Positions 9,288 to 18,338 of a stretch of DNA of 64,000 nucleotides are shown here, piece by piece. Below the pieces are notes generated by a model. The model saw only the letters and a program-made list of their open reading frames with translations. It did not search any database and was not told the origin of the DNA. A program made the translations under genes and the position numbers. This DNA comes from a virus: IMG/VR virus record IMGVR_UViG_3300020474_000005, positions 1 through 64,000 of that record. One strand, 5' to 3'. The first letter of the stretch is position 1, and the number at the start of each line of letters is the position of its first letter.

Positions 9288-10460
9288 ATGTCAGAACTAA
9301 CAGAAACACGCTGGCAGGATACGAAGAGTGCGTTATTAGAAGGCTTAACTGGAAACAGAAAAGCAGTCATGGAGTCAACTTTAGAAAATACTAAAAAGTA
9401 TTTGGCTGAGGCGGCGACAGCAGGTGCCACATCTGCAGGTAACGTAGCAACTTTGAACAGAGTGATCCTACCGGTAATAAGACGGGTTATGCCTACTGTG
9501 ATCGCAAACGAGATCGTTGGTGTACAACCAATGACTGGTCCAGTTGGACAAATCCACACTCTAAGAGTAAGATACGCATCGACTAACGACGCTACTGGAA
9601 CATCAAATGATGTAACAGCAGGCGACGAAGCATTATCTCCATTCAAAATAGGTCAAGCCTATTCTGGAGATGGAACTGCCGGAAAAGCAGACGCAACAGC
9701 ATCTAAAGAAGGTGTTGGCGGTAATGCAATGTCAATCCAAATCTTGAAACAGACAGTTGAAGCAAAAACTAGAAAGTTACAAGCAAGATGGACATTCGAA
9801 TCGGCGCAAGATGCTCAAGCACAACAAGGCATTGATGTAGAGGCTGAAATCATGGCGGCATTAGCACAAGAAATTACTGCTGAAATCGACCAAGAGATCA
9901 TCAACTCATTAAGAGCTCTAGCGGCTACTGAAGAAACATTCAACCAAGCGGCAGTATCAGGTACGGCAACGTTCGTAGGTGATGAACACGCGGCTTTGGC
10001 TGTTTTAATCAACAGAGTTGCTAACAAAATCGCACAAAGAACAAGACGTGGTGCAGGTAACTATGCAGTGGTATCACCACAAGCATTAACTATACTTCAG
10101 TCTGCAACAACTTCTGCGTTCGCAAGAACAACAGAAGGTGCGTTTGAGGCTCCAACAAACCAAAAATTCGTTGGTACTTTAAACAGTGCGATGAAAGTAT
10201 ATGTTGATACATATGCGGCTGACGACACGGCAGTATTAGTAGGTTACAAAGGTTCATCTGAAGCAGATGCGGCGGCGTTCTACTGTCCATACATTCCGTT
10301 AATGTCAAGCGGCGTTGTACTTGACCCGTCAACTTTCGAACCAGTAGTGTCATTTATGACAAGATATGGTTATGTAGAGTTGAACAACACGGCAAGTTCA
10401 CTAGGTAATGCTGGTGACTACGTGGGTGAAGTTGCAATATCTAACGTATCTTTTGCTTAA
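9288..10460 (+). CDS. Major capsid protein (T4 gp23-like)
   Basis: GVQPMTGPVGQIHTLR, VEAKTRKLQARWT, AQEITAEIDQEII, FYCPYIPL, FMTRYG motifs; start at ATG 9288 after AAGGAG. Confidence 0.97.
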   Translation: MSELTETRWQDTKSALLEGLTGNRKAVMESTLENTKKYLAEAATAGATSAGNVATLNRVILPVIRRVMPTVIANEIVGVQPMTGPVGQIHTLRVRYASTNDATGTSNDVTAGDEALSPFKIGQAYSGDGTAGKADATASKEGVGGNAMSIQILKQTVEAKTRKLQARWTFESAQDAQAQQGIDVEAEIMAALAQEITAEIDQEIINSLRALAATEETFNQAAVSGTATFVGDEHAALAVLINRVANKIAQRTRRGAGNYAVVSPQALTILQSATTSAFARTTEGAFEAPTNQKFVGTLNSAMKVYVDTYAADDTAVLVGYKGSSEADAAAFYCPYIPLMSSGVVLDPSTFEPVVSFMTRYGYVELNNTASSLGNAGDYVGEVAISNVSFA

Positions 10461-10485
10461 TAATTAGAGCAACAGAAAACATTTT

Positions 10486-10515
10486 AAAGGGCGGCTTTTT
10501 TAAGTCGCCCTTTTT
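10486..10515 (+). terminator. Rho-independent terminator after gp23
   Basis: AAAGGGCGGCTT/AAGTCGCCCTTT stem followed by a T run. Confidence 0.85.
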
Positions 10516-10541
10516 GTTTATAACCAATCAGGAGAAATAAA

Positions 10542-10652
10542 ATGAAAGCATTTTTGAAAAGTAAGAAAACATGGATTGCAGTTGCAGTTGTTGTGATTGT
10601 ATTCGCTTATGTTCTTTGGACAGGTCAACCTGCTCCAGAAGTTACACAATAA
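10542..10652 (+). CDS. 36-aa single-pass membrane peptide (not in ORF track)
   Basis: SD AGGAG; MKAFLKSKKTWIAVAVVVIVFAYVLWTGQPAPEVTQ*; flanked by two terminators. Confidence 0.7.
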   Translation: MKAFLKSKKTWIAVAVVVIVFAYVLWTGQPAPEVTQ

Positions 10653-10676
10653 TAGATTTCAATTTTAATCTAACTG

Positions 10677-10711
10677 AAGGGCGGCAATGAAGAACGTGCC
10701 GTCCTTTTTTT
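10677..10711 (+). terminator. Rho-independent terminator
   Basis: AAGGGCGGCA/TGCCGTCCTT stem followed by a T run. Confidence 0.8.
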
Positions 10712-10762
10712 ATGGCTGAATAACAGCACATAATTTTCTCCAAATACCACGTAAGTATTATT

Positions 10763-10990
10763 GTGAAGTGGTTAGTTATATATTTTTACCTATCAGGTGT
10801 ATGGATAGCCGGGGACTTTGTTCACCCTGAAGGCTGGAGCAGTATCCAATATGCGACCGAAAAAGAGTGCATAGAACATATGAAGTATGCCAACGAAAAC
10901 CTTCAAAAAAGCGACAGATTTAATGATAATGCCAAAGCAGTATGCATGGCTCATAAGCCTGGACCATTCACACCCACACCAAAATTTTAG
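10763..10990 (+). CDS. Small hypothetical protein with hydrophobic N-terminus and two Cys
   Basis: GTG start 5 nt after TAAGTA; MKWLVIYFYLSG...EKEC...AVC. Confidence 0.55.
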   Translation: MKWLVIYFYLSGVWIAGDFVHPEGWSSIQYATEKECIEHMKYANENLQKSDRFNDNAKAVCMAHKPGPFTPTPKF

Positions 10991-11019
10991 TTGACATCTT
11001 AACCAAAATTTGTTATATT
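10991..11019 (+). promoter_or_regulatory. Sigma70-type early promoter for the lipoprotein-hemB operon
   Basis: TTGACA-N17-TATATT with an extended -10 TG; ATG 8 nt after the -10 box. Confidence 0.8.
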
Positions 11020-11027
11020 ATTAGTGT

Positions 11028-11225
11028 ATGAAGAACATCGCGATAATAATACTAGGATTCTTATTCTTATCTGCTTGTAGTGTATCTAATCCAAAAGTTT
11101 CTTTGGGTAAAAAATGTGTGGTAAAAGACGACAGCGTCAGTTACTCATATGTTTGGATATATGACAAAAACACAGGTTTACCTGCGTCAGAAGAACAGTG
11201 CAAAGCACTACCTAAGAAAGACTAG
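11028..11225 (+). CDS. Small lipoprotein
   Basis: Signal peptide MKNIAIIILGFLFLSAC with lipobox LSA-C. Confidence 0.75.
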   Translation: MKNIAIIILGFLFLSACSVSNPKVSLGKKCVVKDDSVSYSYVWIYDKNTGLPASEEQCKALPKKD

Positions 11226-11227
11226 TA

Positions 11228-12019
11228 ATGGAACTAATCCAGCCTATCTTTGTGAACCAATCTGGCTCTACTAGAGAGGCTGGTTTAGGAATAGAAAATT
11301 CGAACTATTCGGAAACAGATATACTTGAAAGAATACAAAAAGATGTAGACAAGGGAGTTGACAGTTTCCTACTATTCATAACTCCAGACACAAAAACATG
11401 GAATCCTACTTGGGATTTCCAAGCGGACATAGTAAACAAAATTAAAAATAAATTTCCAAAAAATGAATTAATAGTAGACGTGTGTCTATGCTCGACACTG
11501 CCAGATGGTCATTGTAGAGTTTTGGATAAACCAGACACAACTGATAGGTTGCTTACAGATTTAGGTATAAAATTAGAGAAGGCAGGAGCAGATATATTAG
11601 CACCAAGCGACATGGGAGACAACACAGTACAAAATTTAAAATTAGAAACAAAGTCTACAATAATGGCATACGTGAAATGGAGAAGTGTGTTTTACAGTTC
11701 ATTTAGAGAATTGGCAGACAGCAGTCCAAGTAGCGAAAGATTTTATCAGATGAATTTAGACAACAGTTGGAATGCCACAGGCACAGCACACAAATATGAT
11801 AAAGCAGGAGCAGATATGCTTTTACTAAAACCAGCAATGCATTCAATAGATGTTTTTGGAATAATCAAGGCTGGCACATACAAACAATGCGGATTCTTCC
11901 AGGTGTCAGACGAGTACAAAGGATTACCTACAATTAAACATCAAGTAGAAGTTGCAGGCATAATGAAAAGAGCAGGAGCACAATTTTTAGTTACATATGG
12001 AGCAAGAGATCTGGTATGA
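11228..12019 (+). CDS. hemB: Porphobilinogen synthase (delta-aminolevulinate dehydratase), lacking the N-terminal arm
   Basis: LIQPIFV; Zn site DVCLCxxxxxGHC; GADILAPSDM; first Schiff-base Lys in AYVKWRSVFYSSFRE; second in MLLLKPA; FQVSDEY; KRAGAQFLVTYGA. Confidence 0.92.
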   Translation: MELIQPIFVNQSGSTREAGLGIENSNYSETDILERIQKDVDKGVDSFLLFITPDTKTWNPTWDFQADIVNKIKNKFPKNELIVDVCLCSTLPDGHCRVLDKPDTTDRLLTDLGIKLEKAGADILAPSDMGDNTVQNLKLETKSTIMAYVKWRSVFYSSFRELADSSPSSERFYQMNLDNSWNATGTAHKYDKAGADMLLLKPAMHSIDVFGIIKAGTYKQCGFFQVSDEYKGLPTIKHQVEVAGIMKRAGAQFLVTYGARDLV

Positions 12020-12291
12020 CGGAAGAAGAAAAATTACTCGCGGAATACAACGACTACATGAATAGGATCACAACATGGAAAAAGAACCATGGAATATTCT
12101 ATAAGGACATACAAAAATTAGAAGACGCAGTTGCTATAATCATGGATAAGCGGTCAGATAAACTGATTGATTACCGTAGAACACGAAAACAACGTTATCT
12201 AGACGAAGCAAACGATATACTCAAAGATGCACTAAAAACCATTAAAACGTTCTCGAAAGTGGAACTATTGGCATCACTCAGCAAACGATAA
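12016..12291 (+). CDS. Hypothetical helical protein
   Basis: 91 aa ORF overlapping the hemB stop (ATGA). Confidence 0.6.
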   Translation: MTEEEKLLAEYNDYMNRITTWKKNHGIFYKDIQKLEDAVAIIMDKRSDKLIDYRRTRKQRYLDEANDILKDALKTIKTFSKVELLASLSKR

Positions 12292-12305
12292 ATACCTTGT
12301 AACAT

Positions 12306-12370
12306 ATGTTTTGGGCCAGGAGTTTACTCTTGGACTTATGGGGAATACCGACCCCGTAGACCTAGAACGT
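12306..12370 (+). ncRNA. Candidate cis-regulatory structured RNA (three-way junction) in a late-gene leader
   Basis: P1 ATGTTTTGGG/CCTAGAACGT, P2 CCAGGAG/CTCTTGG, P3 TATGGGG/CCCCGTA; lies between TAAATA (12289) and SD GAGGAG. Confidence 0.55.
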
Positions 12371-12389
12371 CAAAAAGAGGAGAAAACAA

Positions 12390-12764
12390 ATGGGAAGACC
12401 AGTAAACAAACGTAACTTCGGCGCTCTTGCCGATGGTACTAATATCACTATCAACTGTAAAGTAGCGGGTAATGGCGCTTCAGCAGTAGGTATGATTAAA
12501 AGACAACGTTCAAACAACAAATTCTTAGTTGATGATGCAAAAGACGATTCAGGAAATGAAGGCGTTTGTACACTTGTAAACAAAGCAAGTGGATCACTAG
12601 GATCAAATGAAATGTCTATAAACGGACAAATCGCGGCAACAGGTCAATCTGTGTTTATCAAAAGACTTTACAACAGAACTTGTAGAGACTTTGAAAACAG
12701 AAGATACACTTATGCAATAAGTGATGACTCAACTGTTTCACAGTTATTGTTAACCGAGATATAA
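12390..12764 (+). CDS. Hypothetical virion-associated protein
   Basis: 124 aa starting MGRPVNKRNFG; strong SD; late promoter upstream. Confidence 0.65.
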   Translation: MGRPVNKRNFGALADGTNITINCKVAGNGASAVGMIKRQRSNNKFLVDDAKDDSGNEGVCTLVNKASGSLGSNEMSINGQIAATGQSVFIKRLYNRTCRDFENRRYTYAISDDSTVSQLLLTEI

Positions 12765-12773
12765 TAAATTGAT

Positions 12774-12803
12774 TTTTTAGGGGGTGGAAACACTCCCTAA
12801 AAA
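12774..12803 (+). other. GNRA-capped hairpin (RNA stability/processing element or atypical terminator)
   Basis: TTTTTAGGGGGTG-GAAA-CACTCCCTAAAAA; no 3' U tract on either strand. Confidence 0.55.
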
Positions 12804-12819
12804 TTAAAAAGGATTTTTG

Positions 12820-13827
12820 ATGTCGAAAAATGTAATAGTAACAGATGGCAATTATAAAATTGTTGTACCTGATAATAACAGTATCGTTCTTGATACTGGT
12901 ACGTCTGTCGGCACAGTTGAGATTACAGGTAACTTACTTGTAAAAGGAACACAAACAACAGTAAATTCTGCAACACTAGAAATTGATGACAACATAATTG
13001 TTGTTAACAAAAATGAAAGTGCAAATGGTGTTTCTGAGACAACAGCAGGATTAAGAGTAGACAGAGGTGGACAAACTTATGAAGACGTTCAATTTGTTTA
13101 TGATGAATCAATTTCTTGGAACGATCCACAAACACAAACAACGTCACAAGGACCAAAAGGTGGTGGACCGCAAGGACCAAACTTTGGTGGCTGGGCAGTA
13201 ACTTCAGCATCAGGAGATATATTAAGTTTAAGAGTTGCGAACATTAATAACAACAATGCAATTTATTTCCAACCAGGTGGTGCAGGCACATTAAGAATTA
13301 TTAGAGCAGGATACAAAGCATTAATAACAGACAACAATGATATTCCTAACAAAGAATATGTTGACTATGAAATTAATCAGGCTGTAATTGGTGCTAACAT
13401 TCCTAAGATTGGACAACAGGATACAGAAGTAATAATCACTGACACAGGTGTAGGTAAAATAGAATTTAAAGTTGATAACTCACTTTTAGGTTTATGGAAA
13501 CTAGGTGGTAACAACACAGGTCATTTAGAAATTTACAATGGCACAACTGATATAGGAAGTGTAAGAATAGAAGATGCAACAATAAGTGGATTGAATTCAA
13601 ACCAAGATTTAGAACTTGTTGCTCCAGGAACTGGATCAGTAAGAATAAATGATTCAATGGTTATGCAAAACGTAACTGTTGATCCAGCAAAAGACAATAC
13701 AGGTGTCAAAATGTATGCTAAAACTCCAGGCGGAGGAGGCACAGGATTAAATTTTGTAAATACAAACGACTCAAGAGGAGAAGTAATCAGCACAAATAGA
13801 GCATTACTTTTTGGATTGATATTTTAA
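12820..13827 (+). CDS. Baseplate/tail structural protein
   Basis: Beta-rich; ITGNLLVKGTQTTVNS..LEIDDNII motif; C-terminal ALLFGLIF anchor typical of this fibre family. Confidence 0.65.
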   Translation: MSKNVIVTDGNYKIVVPDNNSIVLDTGTSVGTVEITGNLLVKGTQTTVNSATLEIDDNIIVVNKNESANGVSETTAGLRVDRGGQTYEDVQFVYDESISWNDPQTQTTSQGPKGGGPQGPNFGGWAVTSASGDILSLRVANINNNNAIYFQPGGAGTLRIIRAGYKALITDNNDIPNKEYVDYEINQAVIGANIPKIGQQDTEVIITDTGVGKIEFKVDNSLLGLWKLGGNNTGHLEIYNGTTDIGSVRIEDATISGLNSNQDLELVAPGTGSVRINDSMVMQNVTVDPAKDNTGVKMYAKTPGGGGTGLNFVNTNDSRGEVISTNRALLFGLIF

Positions 13828-13836
13828 GGAGAAACA

Positions 13837-14169
13837 ATGGCAATAACAAATGGTAACGTTGGATCAGGACAAACAGTTGACGTGTTAACTGTGCCTGCAG
13901 GTAAAAGTTATGCTATCACTTCTGTGTTAATAACAAACACAGGATCAGAAGACCCAAATGGTGGACAGGACAGTAGATTTTATCTATATGCTGTGACTGG
14001 TTCGTACACTGCGAACAATTCTATGATAGTCAATAATGCAGTACTTCCAGGAGCAGAAACGTTTACGTTAGACACTGAAAAATTAGTGTTAGCGGAAAAT
14101 GACAAGTTAAAAGTTAGTGTGTCTGGTACAAACAGTGCATCAGTAGTAGTAAGTTATCTGGAGGTATAA
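13837..14169 (+). CDS. Small beta-sandwich virion adaptor (paralogue of 22074 and 35485)
   Basis: Pattern TVPAGKSYAITSVLITN...EKLVL...VVSYLEV shared with the paralogues. Confidence 0.65.
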   Translation: MAITNGNVGSGQTVDVLTVPAGKSYAITSVLITNTGSEDPNGGQDSRFYLYAVTGSYTANNSMIVNNAVLPGAETFTLDTEKLVLAENDKLKVSVSGTNSASVVVSYLEV

Positions 14170-14966
14170 TGAGATATCTTAAGAGACAAAGCACCAACAG
14201 AAGACTGTTGAGAGGTAAAGGCGTAATATACGATCAATATGAAAATATTGAAATCCAATCTACTGGAGCCTTGTTAATGCCTAAAGGTACGACAGCGGAA
14301 AGACCGGTTTCTGTCGTTGGACAATTAAGATACAACACAACAACAAAATCATTTGAAGCCTATGAAGATTTACAAGGAGGTGGAGCCACTTGGAAAGAAT
14401 TTAGACTGGCTGAGCCTGTTGCCATCACACAACAAAATTTAGGAAATGGTGACGACACAGAAGTAAACTTTGGAATATTAAATTCTGCATACACAGGATA
14501 TCTTGTGCCAACAACTGCACAATCAGTTTTAGTAATGGTGGAAAATGTTTTACAAATTCCAAGCACAAACTATACACTAACACAAAATCCATGCGATGTT
14601 TCAAGCAATCTTATAGGCGCAATTGGTAATTACAACTCAACTGGCGTAGGTGCATATGTAAGTTCTAACACAGGTATTGTAGACTTTACTTCTAAAGGAT
14701 ACCACGTTGGACAGACTATTGTAGTATCAGGTGCCCAGACTGGTGGAAACAACGGAACAAAAACTGTAACGGCTGTAACGCCAAGTCATTTGAGTGTAAA
14801 TGCATTATTAACCACTGAAGCAAACAGTGGACAAGGAAATACCTTCGTCATTGACGGTAAAAGTTCAATTACAGGTGTTTCATATCCAACAGGCACATAC
14901 ATCACATTCGGTACAGCAGTACCAACAGGAAAGCCTGTTACTGTGCTACATAACTTCGACAAATAA
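14169..14966 (+). CDS. Tail/baseplate structural protein
   Basis: PKGTTAERP...GQLRYNTTT..FEAY fibre motif; VMVENVLQIP..NYT. Confidence 0.65.
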   Translation: MRYLKRQSTNRRLLRGKGVIYDQYENIEIQSTGALLMPKGTTAERPVSVVGQLRYNTTTKSFEAYEDLQGGGATWKEFRLAEPVAITQQNLGNGDDTEVNFGILNSAYTGYLVPTTAQSVLVMVENVLQIPSTNYTLTQNPCDVSSNLIGAIGNYNSTGVGAYVSSNTGIVDFTSKGYHVGQTIVVSGAQTGGNNGTKTVTAVTPSHLSVNALLTTEANSGQGNTFVIDGKSSITGVSYPTGTYITFGTAVPTGKPVTVLHNFDK

Positions 14967-14993
14967 TCCAATAAATACTAAAAAAGGAGTGTC

Positions 14994-17900
14994 ATGCCAG
15001 TCACAAATGTAGGTAAAATATCGGGTCAGTTATTAAAAGCAAATTTAACACGTACAAGTGATTTGCTTATAGATAACACTCAAACCACATCCACTCCTAC
15101 ACTATTCATCGGACACACAAACAATAGAATAGGTATCAAAACAGATAGTCCTACAAGAGAATTATTAGTAAATGGAGATACCAAAATTGCTGGTGACAGT
15201 ATTCAAACAAACTCCATGACCGTGGGAAATCTTACCTTTAACGGCGTCACAAGCACCGTTACAGCGTCGGTAGGCAAGATTAACTTAAACAGTAGCGGAA
15301 GCCACGTGTTCAGCGAATTACGTACAGATAATTTGGCATTTACCAATAGCGGTATTAGAAGTTTGGGTGGATCGGACATTATGATTTATCCAGGTCCTGG
15401 CACAGGAAAATTTATAATTCCAACAGATTTAAAAAGTTATGGTGGCATTCATGCAACTGGTGATATAACTTTTGACGGCAGTGTATTCCTTGGAGGAGAT
15501 GGTTCAGAAGATTCATTAACTATTGGTGCAGATATCCATTCTAATTTAATTCCAGATGTCACAGGAACATATGATTTAGGTGAAACAGGAAAACGTTGGG
15601 GCGATGTAAGATTGGCTTCAATGCCAGGATTGAATGACGTAACAATTGACAACACAATTTCATTGGCAGGTGTTGCCGTCAACTTAGGTATTCAGAATAA
15701 ATGGTATGTAAGTACAAACGGTGCAGACAACTTGGCAGGTAATCACCCTAACTTTGCGTTTGGTTCTATAAAACACGCATTAAGTTACATACAAGAAAGT
15801 TCAGGTGGTCCACATCAATTACACATTTTGCCAGGAACATATATAGAAGACTTTCCATTAGAAATACCTGAAAACGTAAGTATAAAAGGTTCAGGCATAC
15901 GTTCATGTATTATTAAACCTAGAGTACAATACAGAGGTAATGATGCATTCATAATGAACAATGCAACTATGGTTGCAGATGTAACCATTACAGATTTCCA
16001 GTATGTCCCGGCGGAGGACAAAGGTTATGCATTTAGATTTTCTACAAATGCTGGAATAGTAAGTAAGTCACCTTACGTTCAAAACGTGACAGTATTAACA
16101 CATGGCGAAACAACTTCAGCATCTGATCCAAGAGGTTTTGCTTCAGGAGATGCTGGTAAGGGTGCATTATTAGATGCCAACGTTTTAGATACTGCATCAC
16201 CAAGAGCAAGTATGCTTTTCAATGGTGTAACATTTATCACTCCAGGTGTAGATGCTGTAACAGTTAAAAATGGATCAAGAATAGAATTTATAGATTGTTT
16301 TACATACTTCGCAAACAGAGGTTTGTATATGCAACACTCATTGAATCAGTACACACCATCAGCAGGTTCATACAATCCAGTTACTGGAGACATGAGTTTG
16401 ACAGTTGGAAGTCATACAATGAGAGTTGGCGAAACTGTAACAATCGCAGACAACAGTTTAACTTTCACGTGTGCCCAAGACAATCATCAAACTGATCACA
16501 CTTACCCTAGATCTACTGATCCTTATTCAGGTAAAAAAGTAACAATCACAGCCACAACTGCAACTGGTTTCACTTGTAACGTTGGAACTTCGAGCAACGT
16601 CACAGCACACTTATTCAAAAGTGCAACTTCAAACGCAGTTTCAGAAGGCACAATGAACGAAGCAAGAGTAATTGCAAGTGCAACAATATATGGAAACAAA
16701 GGTGTTGTTGCAGATGGTAATGGTTGTTTAGCATACCTTATCAGTCATAACTTTGCTTATGTTGGCACAGGAAAAAATGTTGAAAACGAAACAGATCAAA
16801 TCAATCAAGAAAATGAAGTTGAAGCATTAAACAATGCGAAAGTACACTTTGTAAGTCAAGACCAAGATGGAGATTTTAGAGTTGGTGACAACTTTGTTGT
16901 TGATTTAGGAAAAGGTACAACCACAATAGATGTAACTGGATTAGATTTAACAGGTTCAACGTTAACTGTTGGTACACCAGGTTCAACAACATTAATCAGT
17001 GCAACAGGTATCGACGTACCAAATTTCAGAATTAGTAATAATACTGTATCAACATTAGACAATGGATTAACAATAGATTCATCTGGTACAACTAATATTA
17101 CTGCAAATGCAAATATGCAGGCAAATGTAACTGTGTCAGGTGATGCAACTATTGCCGGTAGCGGTATTAATTTTGGTGATGCTCCTGGAGATACTATTAA
17201 TTTCTCTATGGACTTTACTGATAATCTTTTACCAAGCACAACCACTTTAAGCAATTTAGGAAGTGCAATTAAACAATGGCGTTCTGCCCAATTTGAGACG
17301 GCAAATATTGATGGAATACAAATTAAAGATTCTACAATACAAACAACGGATACAAACTCAGGTTTAGATTTAAGAGGTAGCGGAACAGGTTCAGTAAACC
17401 TAGAAGACATAAAATTCAAAACAGAAATAACATCAAATAATTCAAATGATGTGGGATTTGGTGTTGGCTCAGGTAGTTTACGATTTACAGGTTTACAAGA
17501 CATTCAATTGCCTAAAGGTACAACTGCACAAAGACCGGTTGCACAAAATTCAGTTAGATACAACACAGATGTAAATGAATTTGAAGTTCAATCAACTGGA
17601 AATATTCCTTTAGGTGGAATTAGAGATGGTGATTTAGATACAAAAGTTGACCTAACAAACAATGAATTTACTTTCTTTGCACAAGGCAACAACATGGGAA
17701 CAATCAACGGTTCGGGCCATTTGACTGTGCCAAGATTTGCTTCTCAAGACAAATTTACTATTGATGGCAATCAAATTACAGTCAGCACACCCGGTCAAGA
17801 AGCGGCCCTTGTTGCTAAAGGAAATGCAAAAGTTTTCCTAGATACATCACAATTTGAAATTCAAGGCGGTGAATTATTGACCACTGGCACAAACAGTGAC

Positions 17901-18164
17901 ATGGTATTCACTGGTACTGGTCTAAAACAAAACAGAGTTATCTTCTTTGAAACTACACAGGCTTACAAAGGTCACGCAGGAAACACTGCGGCCCGAGATG
18001 CACAAACAGCCAGACAGGGTGAATTGTGGTGGAATCAAACAACTTCGACACTTGAAGTATACACAGGAACTCAATGGAAATCTGCAACAGGTTTACAAGA
18101 AATCACAGTTACAGAGTCGTTTGCACAGGACTTGAATTTGCTCTACAACCTCATATTAAACTAA
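14994..18164 (+). CDS. Tail-fibre/baseplate protein with beta-helix domain (paralogue of 18339)
   Basis: VGKISGQLLKANL start; YVSTNGAD..G..P..AF..IKHAL...PGTYIE beta-helix entry; PKGTTAQRP. Confidence 0.75.
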   Translation: MPVTNVGKISGQLLKANLTRTSDLLIDNTQTTSTPTLFIGHTNNRIGIKTDSPTRELLVNGDTKIAGDSIQTNSMTVGNLTFNGVTSTVTASVGKINLNSSGSHVFSELRTDNLAFTNSGIRSLGGSDIMIYPGPGTGKFIIPTDLKSYGGIHATGDITFDGSVFLGGDGSEDSLTIGADIHSNLIPDVTGTYDLGETGKRWGDVRLASMPGLNDVTIDNTISLAGVAVNLGIQNKWYVSTNGADNLAGNHPNFAFGSIKHALSYIQESSGGPHQLHILPGTYIEDFPLEIPENVSIKGSGIRSCIIKPRVQYRGNDAFIMNNATMVADVTITDFQYVPAEDKGYAFRFSTNAGIVSKSPYVQNVTVLTHGETTSASDPRGFASGDAGKGALLDANVLDTASPRASMLFNGVTFITPGVDAVTVKNGSRIEFIDCFTYFANRGLYMQHSLNQYTPSAGSYNPVTGDMSLTVGSHTMRVGETVTIADNSLTFTCAQDNHQTDHTYPRSTDPYSGKKVTITATTATGFTCNVGTSSNVTAHLFKSATSNAVSEGTMNEARVIASATIYGNKGVVADGNGCLAYLISHNFAYVGTGKNVENETDQINQENEVEALNNAKVHFVSQDQDGDFRVGDNFVVDLGKGTTTIDVTGLDLTGSTLTVGTPGSTTLISATGIDVPNFRISNNTVSTLDNGLTIDSSGTTNITANANMQANVTVSGDATIAGSGINFGDAPGDTINFSMDFTDNLLPSTTTLSNLGSAIKQWRSAQFETANIDGIQIKDSTIQTTDTNSGLDLRGSGTGSVNLEDIKFKTEITSNNSNDVGFGVGSGSLRFTGLQDIQLPKGTTAQRPVAQNSVRYNTDVNEFEVQSTGNIPLGGIRDGDLDTKVDLTNNEFTFFAQGNNMGTINGSGHLTVPRFASQDKFTIDGNQITVSTPGQEAALVAKGNAKVFLDTSQFEIQGGELLTTGTNSDMVFTGTGLKQNRVIFFETTQAYKGHAGNTAARDAQTARQGELWWNQTTSTLEVYTGTQWKSATGLQEITVTESFAQDLNLLYNLILN

Positions 18165-18217
18165 TAGTTTATTAAAGCAATATAATATAAAAACCAAATC
18201 TTAATAAATAGTATTAA

Positions 18218-18320
18218 TGGTATGTCAGACCAGATATGCCAGGACAAACCGTGGTTAACCGGCGAAGAACTAACAAATAACGTTAGGTGAAAAACAGGTT
18301 AGAGGGACAAGATCCCCGTG
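18218..18320 (+). ncRNA. Candidate multi-stem leader RNA
   Basis: Stems TGGTATGTC/GATATGCCA, TTAACC/GGTTAG enclosing CTAAC/GTTAG, and GGGA/TCCC, in a ~125-nt leader between TAAATA (18205) and SD AAGGAG. Confidence 0.45.
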
Positions 18321-18338
18321 CTAAAAAAGGAGTACACA

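Noticed and set aside
12306-12370. tRNA, hammerhead ribozyme or purine riboswitch
   Set aside because: No cloverleaf or T-loop, no CUGANGA/GAAA core, and no purine-riboswitch junction sequences; kept only as an unclassified structured RNA.
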